Positions 23,984-32,804 of a DNA stretch of 33,253 nucleotides are shown in pieces. The stretch is from Callorhinchus milii (Eukaryota). The stretch is taken from NCBI RefSeq assembly GCF_018977255.1, contig NW_024705582.1, forward strand, positions 1 to 33,253. Direction: 5' to 3'. Under the pieces are notes generated by a model, which ran no database searches, was not told the origin of the DNA, and worked only from the letters and a program-made list of their open reading frames with translations. How positions within the stretch are numbered: position 1 is the first letter of the stretch; each line of letters begins with the position of its first letter. Made by a program: the position numbers and the translations under genes.

Positions 23984-24325
23984 TCTCAGATCGGTCGGTA
24001 CAGCTATATGCTGCGATGCGAGTCTTGGAGAGAGATTGGGTCTCAGATCGGTCGGTACAGCTATATGCTGCGATGCGAGTCTTGGAGAGAGGTTGGGTCT
24101 CAGATCGGTCGGTACAGCTATATGCTGCGATGCGAGTCTTGGAGAGAGGTTGGGTCTCAGATCGGTCGGTACAGCTATATGCTGCGATGCGAGTCTTGGA
24201 GAGAGGTTGGGTCTCAGATCGGTCGGTACAGCTATATGCTGCGATGCGAGTCTTGGAGAGAGGTTGGGTCTCAGATCGGTCGGTACAGCTATATGCTGCG
24301 ATGCGAGTCTTGGAGAGAGACTGGG
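23984..24325 (+). repeat. Tandem repeat, 57-bp unit x6, near-perfect
   Basis: tctcagatcggtcggtacagctatatgctgcgatgcgagtcttggagagaggttggg at 23984, 24041, 24098, 24155, 24212 and 24269. Confidence 0.97.
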
Positions 24326-25116
24326 TTGAAGTTCCCCCCGATATGGCCGACGTGCGCGGTTTTAGGATGGAGACGCCACGTTGGAAAGGCGGGGGGTGCA
24401 AACGGTTGACATGTAATGTCGGTGGTGGTCCTCATTGAGGGCTGCTGGGACGCAAGCACGGGATGCCTTGGAGATGCGGTTCATGCGTGCGGCCACCATT
24501 TATGGACAGGAGCAGGCAGATTTATTTTGTTTGTGTCATGTAAATTTTATATATATATTTTAAAATGTAGATACTGGAGCAGCCCTGAAGTGCGACTTCT
24601 TTGCCCAGTACATGGGTCGGCCCTGAAGTACGACTTCTCGACCCGGGACGTAGACAGACGTCCGGATAAGTGCGTGTAGAGGGATGCTCGACATGTTGGT
24701 CTTCGCCTTCTCTCCACCTGACGGATGGGAGGCTGGCAGGTGGTGTGGATCCCTGCCATCCATGCGGTGATTGTGTGATTTCGGTTCGATTACCGGTGTT
24801 GGTTGTGCATCCAACGCGTCGGAATCTGTATATTTGTTGTTGTTAATTCCCCGTTTTCTATGCGGATCCCGAGGAGGGCTAGGTGGGCCGCGGGTCGTTT
24901 GTTCACGTGTCATTGCTTCACCTTTTTGTTGATTGATGCTTGTATATAGTGTAGAGTTGTACAGGTTGGTTATGGTATTTATGGTTGCTTTCTTGTTCTC
25001 TTTTCTTTTCCTGTTGAAGCTCGCGTATTTTTTTTCTTCTCTCTCTCCCTTTCGTTAATTTAAACTTTCTAATTATTGACAGCCGGGACGGCTGGAGGCT
25101 ACATAGAGGGGGGTAA

Positions 25117-25604
25117 TGTAGTGACATAAGAAGGGAGGGGCTGCTGTAGGCTCTGGGTTCCCAGGTGGGTCCAGACGCGTAATCCCCTGGGCGCCAGGCG
25201 CTGGGTTCCCAGGGGGTCCAGACGCTTAAGCCTCTGGGCGCCGCCAACGGGGGGGGCTGTGTGTGCTCTGTGGGATGTCTGGTGGCGCACACGGCCCCAC
25301 CCCTCGTTGGGGACTGGGCATATAACCGGAGCTCCCTGGACGATCGGGCCCAGTTGTAACTCAAGACCCAAGACCCACGACCAGCCATCTGAAGACCCTG
25401 GGATGCTGTGAGAGCCAGCGCTGGGACTCTGGAACTCCCGACTCTACGACCTTGTGAGGGCGAGTTCCGGAGCGTAGCCAGAGTAGAGTATCTAGGCTGT
25501 GTAGCTAGGCTGTGTACCTAGGCTGTAACAGAGTATCAGGACTGTTGGAGTGTTGTATTGTAATAAAGAAGTTACATCTACAAGTGTCTCCGGAACCTGT
25601 TACA
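25117..25604 (+). repeat. G3 3' LTR (488 bp)
   Basis: Follows the PPT; direct repeat of 22024-22512. Confidence 0.95.
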
Positions 25605-25806
25605 AATGCACTGTCAAAAGAGTCCCATAGACTGACGAAACAACAAAAAAACGAGTCCTTTAAAGTCACGGTAAAAACTTACAGAATCCCTGGGCAGCTA
25701 CTTCAAAAGAGAGGATAATTCCTGAAAAAAAACACCCCCAAAACAGGTGGCAACCCTACCGTTGGCCCAGCTAGTGACAAGCCTGCCACTGAGGCCGCAC
25801 GCGCAC

Positions 25807-25978
25807 CATTGGAGAAGCCTGTTGGGGAGGCCGAGTCGCCGTGGCCGTTGGAGACGTGGGTTGAAGCCGCGAGCTCCGTGAGCTGGTTGAGGCGCAACTT
25901 GCGGCAGTAGATGGACGCAGCCTCGGGCTCGAGGGCAATGAGAAGGCCCTCGGGGGCCTGTGGGGTCGCGATCCCTGC
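25807..25978 (-). CDS. HSPA12A: Heat shock 70 kDa protein 12 (HSPA12A/B-like), internal exon, 172 nt
   Basis: [39 protein letters not shown]...GFSN; acceptor ccccgccAG, donor GTgcgc; in frame with the upstream exon. A versus B orthology uncertain. Confidence 0.9.
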
Positions 25979-26769
25979 CTGGCGGGGCAGAGGCACGAAC
26001 AAAGAACAATGAAGATCGGTGCGACACCTTCGGGCCTACTGAGAGTTAGGCAAAAAAAGCCAAACATCCTAATGCCTTGTGCTTTAATATCTACTGAGAT
26101 GATGTGAGACTTTCCTGGTCGAATCAATTTATAATGACCTCACTTTGGTTAGGGACGACTGGCTTTGGATAATGAAACGATCTTAAATGTGTAACAGGTC
26201 TAGTGCTCTTTTATTTTGAGGTGCCAGAATCATAACCACGTTAGAATTGTCTCAATGTTTACTGTCGGTGATTTGCTCCCAACTGCTCCAGCTGCATGCA
26301 GGCTTTCACAGCCCAATGCCATGATGTCAACCACTGCCATCCATTGTACGCAAGCGTTTCATAAAAATGTAAACCTGGGCTGTGGTGGAATGTGACGACT
26401 GGAGTTTAGAGCACTGCAGAGTACACTTGACATGATCCGGCTGTCAAATCAAATGTGTCCTGGGTATGGCATTCAGCTACATCTGGTGATGGTGTGACAT
26501 AAAAAAAAAGATACTGTTGTAGAAGGCAAGAGGGAAACCACCTCCATCCATCTTTCCATAGCTATGGCCCAAGACAGAATGGATGCGATGCGGTAATCCT
26601 GAGCCATGTATCATAACAAACAACATGAATGAAGAATAAAACGAGTAAGGAGAATGCCGGTGAAGAAAGAAGATGTAAAAGCTTCCTGTGCATAAATGCC
26701 AAGCAGAAAAACTGAAAAAAACATTACCCAAAAAGGACCATCTGCAAGCAGTCGCCCTCCCCAACTCAC

Positions 26770-26886
26770 CGCGTAGGCCGCCTCCCTCATGAACTGCTTG
26801 GCCGGCTGCTTCCAGATGGCGGGGACCGTGATCACCCATCGGATCTCATCGGGGTTGTACGGCAAGCCCGTCTGATCCGAGAGTTC
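26770..26886 (-). CDS. HSPA12A: HSPA12 internal exon, 117 nt
   Basis: [39 protein letters not shown]; acceptor cgcAG, donor GTgagt; phase 0/0. Confidence 0.93.
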
Positions 26887-27493
26887 CTGCGAGTTCCGGA
26901 GATGGGTGGAAATCCGGCAGAGCGGCGCAGCAGCAGGAGTCACGCTTGAGCGGTTCTCAAATAAGGATTTGGACATCGGCACTCAAAAACACAACCTGGA
27001 GAAATGTGTCATACGAAGGAAATTAGCTCAGAGGTCACCCTCAAATGATAGGGCTCGTCAATGGAGTAAAGAAGATTACTGGAGGAGTCAAAAGGTAAAA
27101 TTTAAGATTGCCCAGATCAATGGTTTTCAATGTTTTTTGATTATGGCGGCCACTTCCCACAAGCACTCCATCCTCCTTACCCCACCCCCCACAACCTCCT
27201 CTCCTTCTCTCCTCCCCCATCCTCTTCTCGACAACGTGGTGTCAGTCAGGTATCTGTTTCACGTTGTGTATTTGCGTGATTTGCCGCTGCAATGCTGCGC
27301 CGACCTTGTCTGCCATTTTCCTGCACAGTATGCACGCCACAGCCTGTGCTCCGCTTGGGTTTGGGAAACACTGGCCGAGGCTATTAGGAATTCCTTGCAC
27401 TCCAGCCCATGGCAACGATGCAATGCTCTTGCACCCAGCCTTCTCAAAATGGTGATTTGCTCAATTGTTTAGCAGCACAAGCGTTTGTTTTAC

Positions 27494-27598
27494 CTGCAAG
27501 GCTCTCTCCTTGAAGAAGCGCAACGCATGGGCAAACACCTCGAGGGCTTTCACCATCTTCCCGTTGGTTGCCTCCAGCTCGGTGTCCAAGGAGATGAC
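27494..27598 (-). CDS. HSPA12A: HSPA12 internal exon, 105 nt (not in the ORF track)
   Basis: Hand translation [35 protein letters not shown]; acceptor cttctgcAG, donor GTaaaa; phase 0/0. Confidence 0.92.
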
Positions 27599-27805
27599 CT
27601 GCAGAAGGGAGTGATGATGTTTTAAAGCTTGCTTTTCTTTAATATACAGCTTTAATTAGGGTAACAGCTGCCCTCCCACAAAGCGGTCATTGTTGTGTGT
27701 AAAAACTAACTCTCCCACATGTTGGCCACATTTGCGAGAAGAGTTATGGGCAAGGAGTAATAAGATGACGCAGTAGCTTTGCTTCTCTTAATCTTTAGAA
27801 TTCTT

Positions 27806-28480
27806 CATCATGACCATGATCAGCCTTGAACGATCCACTGCTGGATTAAGGCCTTCCCCAAGCTGTCACCATCTACCACAGTATCGTGATGCTACAATGA
27901 AGTATAACTTCTGAACTAAACTAAACTATGTTTAATTTTACCAGGGGAAAAAAGGACCCGGAGAAAACGTTCACGTGACCACAGCGAGAGCATGTGCACT
28001 CCAAATATACAGGTGTCAGGGTCGAGATCGAACCCACGACCTCCTGAATACCAGGAGAGGTAGTTAACATCACCGTGGCACCACTTGAACATATGTCATC
28101 TCCACCTCCACGGTGGACACCCCCTCTTGGGTGTGCTCTCTCTTTCGGCTTACACTGTCGTTGGTCTCAACCGCCGGTCGTCATCCCTTTCTCGCGGCTT
28201 GCCCTGCTCAAGCCCACTTCATTTTATTAACAGTCAATTCTAACGTCTATTTACTTCGTTCCATACGTTCTCTGATCCATGCGTTCCTCTTCCCGCATGT
28301 CAGTGTAATTCCAAGCATGCACATCTCTGCGCTCCTTAGCACACTTTTGAACATTCGTTGTATTGGCCAGTGTCCATGTCTCCAATCCATGCGTCATGTT
28401 TATCGATTGCAAAATGACAACAAATGAAGTTACTCGTGCAGCAGCAGCAACGTTCCCATTCACGAGCATCAGAGCTCAAG
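27806..28480 (-). mobile_element. RTE-clade LINE 3' fragment, decayed, interrupted by a SINE
   Basis: HGLETWTL and KMKWAWAGQ-like RT C-terminal remnants (28150-28400); 3' end motif ccagcagtgga...tgatg on the minus strand near 27806-27860. Confidence 0.6.
27941..28082 (-). mobile_element. V-SINE-like tRNA-derived SINE
   Basis: Reverse-complemented B-box gatcgaacccac with the V-domain-like cccggagaaaac...gagagcatgtgcactcca. Confidence 0.6.
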
Positions 28481-29145
28481 TACCCATGTCAATTCACTCC
28501 AATCATGAGCATCATCCTAAGGTGAGAAACACTAAGGGAAAATTCAGCAGTGGCTGTCCATTGTTCAATGGTCTCTGCCAAATAATCTGCTAAATAGATT
28601 ACTTAGCTGAGCATAGGCCGACACTTGAGTGAGGAACCACCCTTCATTTTCCATTTCATGGCATTGAAAAAACAAATGCAAAACATCGTAAGCGGTCGGT
28701 AAACGTGAAATGTAATTTTTTACGGAGGTGTTGAGAAATTATGTACAAAAAACTGCAGCGAAGAAGGAAACATAATTTCCCGTGTGTTTTTGATCTCGAC
28801 ACACACAAAAGAATGAAGTATTAAGGGATTATCTTTGCTTACTAGGTCGTATGAAAATTACCCATTTACGTTTTGGCAAGTCGAGACGTCAAAATGCGAA
28901 TACACCCTCTCTGGAACATGCGTCCAACTGTGGTTACTATTCAATGCAATCTGTCACAGCTGTCTAAACCATTCTTCCTGAGGCTTCGATGTATTTTATA
29001 AAAAAAAGGTATTATTATGTCTATTTATTTATTTGTATGGCCTGACACGAATTGAGGTTTTGCAAATGTAGAATAATGAAAAAATAACAAAGTCTTTCAT
29101 GCAAGTCCCCTGAGCTGCCTATACCACTAAACCATCTTGCTTCCT

Positions 29146-29327
29146 ATTCTTTGGTTCTTTCGGTAAAGTCACGTAGATAGAAAAATAATAAAAATAAAGT
29201 GAATACAAATATTTTTCAAAAATATTATTAAAGAATAATATTTTTTATTATTTTTTTCTATCTGCGCGACTTTACCGAAAGAACCAAAGAGTATGAATTC
29301 TTGCAGTCACGAAAGTTTTAAGTCAAA
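29146..29327. mobile_element. Short Penelope inverted pLTR cassette (family A), truncated before the hammerhead
   Basis: Inverted ~50-bp arms; tail ...gcagtcacgaaagttttaagtc on the plus arm only; TSD atcttgctt (29134-29142 / 29328-29336). Confidence 0.8.
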
Positions 29328-29482
29328 ATCTTGCTTGCAGGCTATAACATCTCAAGGTGCTCCAGGGGCGGCAGTCGGGTAGGGAGAGCTGCTGGGCCTT
29401 CACCAGAAGTGAACACAAAGGGTTCAAAGCCGCTCATACCTCCGAAACTTTGTTTTCGATAAACCACGTGTTAAAACATAAG

Positions 29483-29630
29483 GGAGACACTGCCGTTGTG
29501 TCCTGGTTAGCACGTTGGACTTGCAACCCAGAGGTTGCCAGTTCGGTCTCAATGCACACATTTTTGTTTAACCCCCCACCACCCTCAGCTCTGTCCACCC
29601 AGCAGTACAAATTGGAACACCGCAGTCGAT
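29483..29630 (+). mobile_element. tRNA-derived SINE fragment
   Basis: tggttagcacgttggacttgcaacccagaggttgccagttcg head plus a gtccacccagcagtacaaattggaacacc central-domain-like motif. Confidence 0.5.
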
Positions 29631-30162
29631 CAGCAAGTCACGTATACAGGAGTGGAGTAACGCGTGGTTACTACCGCCTTTTCCAAGACCTCTGATCAGC
29701 ATTAAAGAGTAGGCCAAAAATACTCTCTATATGGGACTCTCTCTCCCTCTCTCTCGAGAGAGAGAGCTCCCACTAGTGGAAGGCCCTCTGCCAGCAGTGG
29801 CATGAGCAAGCGAATTGCAGGGCTGCACCTTTACCCAAACGTGGGTAAGGTGTCCTTTCGATGGAATTTGAAAAGAAAAACGCAAAATGGAGATGCTGAT
29901 GTTGACACGCACCCTCGAAACATCAGATTCGCCTGGAACCAACGCACAATTTGAAAGTGAACCGCGTGTAAAATTGGCCTCTGCCCAATGAGCCGTGCGC
30001 TTGGTTCATTAGAGCGGCGAAAACTCACTCTCCCCCGAAACGGGGGTGTTTAGCCCACTGACTGAAATTGTTACCGCATGTAACACTCTATCGAGGCGTG
30101 TGTATTCCAAGAAGTGAGGTTTTCTCACGTGGAACATCTTAAGATGCAGTCTTTACAAATGT

Positions 30163-30510
30163 TCATCATCAATCATCATTAGTCATGATTTATCCAATGC
30201 TGGATGAAGACCTCCCAAGTCGCTGCCATTTCTTACCGTCCCGTGATGCAACAACTATCTATATCATGCACGTGAGCTGATTTCATCACTACAACTCGCA
30301 ATGAATGTCCTTTCAGACGCGTTCCGTCCTTGGCTGCCACTCTGCAATTTGTCTCCACCAATGGCCATCATTCCATCGAGTGACATGTTCTGCCCTGGTC
30401 AATGTACTAATCTTAACAGGCAATATGATATCTTTAAGGGGAGTTGGGTCTCTGAACCGTATGCTCATTTGCTTGTTTCTCAGCGTAATTCCTAGCATGC
30501 TCGTCCATGA
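30163..30510 (-). mobile_element. RTE-clade LINE 3' fragment
   Basis: MLGITLRNK...EHVTRWNDGHWWRQIAEWQPR followed by the same type of 3' end with a (tga)n-like tail. Confidence 0.7.
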
Positions 30511-31939
30511 TTAAAAACAATTTCACCAACTTATAAATCGAGATAGGTAAAAATACCGACCTTCTCTCCCGATGTAACTCGGTGTTTTGTAGAAGGAAAA
30601 ATTGTTATCTCAAAAGATTGGTCAACGAAAAAAATATCATCACAATTTAGACAAAATTGCTTCAACACAACCTTTACCTTCCAAATAAATATTGATTTAA
30701 TTCCAGGGAAATTACACTTGAAGCAGGTAATATTAACGGACGTAACTATAAACTCTCAACGAATACGTTAACATGATTGTCACCTGTAATCCCTGCACAT
30801 TGCCTGTGTTCAAACCTGCGTCGGCTGGGCCGTCAACCACGCTCTGTGGCCATTGCACTCAAATAATCGTACGTTCGCCTGGGCCAAAGTTCAAGTCGCT
30901 TAACAACGCAAGTCAACACGTGGCTGAGCCCAGGATCCTTTACACGACGCAGGGGAGACGGAGCCTTCTGGAGCGCAGCCCCCACCAATCTGGACCCCCC
31001 CCTCCCCGCATCTGCCTGCCACCGGACATCCGAAACGTGCCAAATGTCTCTCAATTCCGTGGTCTGTGTAAGAAGCATCTATTCTGACTAAGCTTCCCAT
31101 CACAAAAAAAAATCTCATTAAAGCTGTCTCTCTCTCTACTTTTAATTGCTTAGTGCTTCTTACAGCTCTTACGCTATTCGTTGCGCACGTTTGCACTTTC
31201 TTTTGTGCGCGGTTGCTCAGCCGGTGTTTGCCGCTGGGGTGGTGACGGGTTTCTTTCTTCATTCCCTGTTGCTACTCTCTGGCCCCCGTGTACCGGTCCC
31301 ATTCCGCTACGATGCGCACTGATGCCGACTTTACCGAGGGCGATATTGGCACGTAAGAAAAACGATTGATTGATTGATTGATGCGGGACGCTGAGCCTTG
31401 CCCAAGCGTTTAGAACACTCCAACTGCATGCTGGGTTTACTTTCTTGGCACGGAACCACGTTCAACGAGCCGGGCCGCGTGCGTCGGTCGCTGCAAGCGC
31501 GAATGCGGTCATCACTGGACTTCTGTGAAAAGAGCTTCATAGCTCTTCGGATTCCTCCGGTCTCAATAGCGATTCTGATTCAGCGTGAAGTCGCAGTCTC
31601 AGACGAGTCGTCGACAACCCGTGGAGCTTTAGTCAAGTCCTACTCTGCGCATTTCATCGAAGCATTATCTTAAGGTCTAGTCGACAAACGGCAGTTGAAC
31701 AGTTAGTCCACAAATGTAGTGGTTATTAAGATTTTGGTTAAAGGGTTTGTGAAATTTCCCACCCAGCATTATTGATCAGGTTAAACACTCATTGTACTTC
31801 ATGAACCTCTTTATGTACATATTATAATAACGTGCATTTGTAAGGCACATTTCATCCGTAGACGTCAATATTGGCAAATGCTCTGTTTGGTCTTTTCTGG
31901 GCTCACTGCAGTTTCTCGTCACGTGACGAAGTTATCTTA

Positions 31940-32183
31940 AAGTTGATTTGAATCTTTCGTGACTGCAGGAATTACTCTTTGGTTCGCTCGGTAAAGTCAC
32001 GTAGAAAGAAAATAAATCAAATAATAGAATACGACGTTTCGATTGCAACACAAGCAGTCGTCATCAGGTCGAACTAAATTTGACAGAGAGACAAAACACA
32101 GACACACACAGACAGACACAAGCAGAGAGAAACAACACAGAGACACACAGAAAGAGAGACACACAACATAGACGCACAGAAAC
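31940..32183 (-). mobile_element. Solo Penelope pLTR insert (family A)
   Basis: Tail, hammerhead and (CA/GA)-rich segment; TSD gttatctta (31931-31939 / 32184-32192). Confidence 0.8.
32031..32069 (-). ncRNA. Minimal type-I hammerhead ribozyme motif
   Basis: Minus: ac CTGATGA c gactgc-ttgtgtt-gcaatc GAAAC GTC gt; core intact, one stem II mismatch. Confidence 0.65.
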
Positions 32184-32586
32184 GTTATCTTAGTCTGCGT
32201 TTTCGTTTCAGACTCAACAATTTCGTCTCGTCACAGTCACGCTTTGGTCTTTGGTGGACAGTCGTTACTTTTTGCAACGCTCGATCATTTACATCCACTC
32301 GTGGTCATCAATGACTAAATAAAAATGACTAAAAAAAACACTCTCAATTGACGAATATTCCCGTCACTAATTTCATCACGGTTACCATGTGAGTTGCGAG
32401 TGTGCCTTTTTCTGCTTTGACGTTGCACAGCGGTCGTTAAAGCGTCCTACAATAGCTGGCATCGCGGAAGAGAGAGAGAGAGAGAGGGGGACAGACAGCT
32501 GCTCCGCTGCAGATGGCGGCATCCATCTCCGCATGGCCGGCACCGCCGAGCTGACAGATGCGGCACTCGGCGATGAAATAATGACC

Positions 32587-32804
32587 CCTCTTCTTGGTTC
32601 TTTCGGTAAAGTCACGTAGAAGGGAAGTAATAAAATAATAAAAATAAAACATAATAAAATAATTCTCACGACGTTTTGGCTACAACGCAAGCAGCCGTCT
32701 TCAGGTGTTTTATTTTTATTATTTTATTACTTCCCTTCTACGTGACTTTACCGAAATAACCAAGAAGATGAATCCCTGCAGTCACGAAAGAAGCTTTAAA
32801 TCGA
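32587..32804. mobile_element. Penelope inverted pLTR cassette (family A, variant 2)
   Basis: Inverted arms, tail on the plus arm only; perfect 12-bp TSD gaaataatgacc (32575-32586 / 32805-32816); left arm nearly identical to 6373-6491. Confidence 0.88.
32667..32707 (-). ncRNA. Hammerhead motif with inactivating G12A change
   Basis: Minus: cac CTGAAGA c ggctgc-ttgcgtt-gtagcc AAAAC GTC gtg. Confidence 0.55.

Larger units (their letters stand above)
22024..25604 (+). mobile_element. Complete non-autonomous LTR retrotransposon G3 (no pol)
   Basis: LTRs 22024-22512 and 25117-25604, TG...CA termini, 4-bp TSD aatg (22020-22023 / 25605-25608), PBS 22515-22529, PPT agaggggggtaa 25105-25116; no RT or integrase motifs inside. 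Confidence 0.95.
18892..25631 (-). mobile_element. Ty3/Gypsy retrotransposon G2, 5' half missing, interrupted by G3
   Basis: 3' LTR 18892-19363, PPT, integrase, RNase H and RT C-terminal part (to 22023); ~25 bp of RT (VYGT.FD) continues right of G3 at 25605-25631. Confidence 0.88.

Noticed and set aside
23984..24325. CRISPR-like array or repeat protein (ORFs open in four frames)
   Set aside because: Units are head-to-tail with no unique spacers and there are no cas genes; the ORFs arise because 57 is divisible by 3 and the unit lacks stops in those frames.
29483..29560. tRNA gene
   Set aside because: A/B-box-like head without an acceptor stem, running into a SINE body; the same applies to the other tRNA-like heads.
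29722..29773. Palindrome (CT)n-(GA)n
   Set aside because: Explained by abutting complementary microsatellites.
31900..32370. Possible DNA transposon end with gacgaa/gactaa repeats
   Set aside because: No terminal inverted repeat or TSD could be defined.
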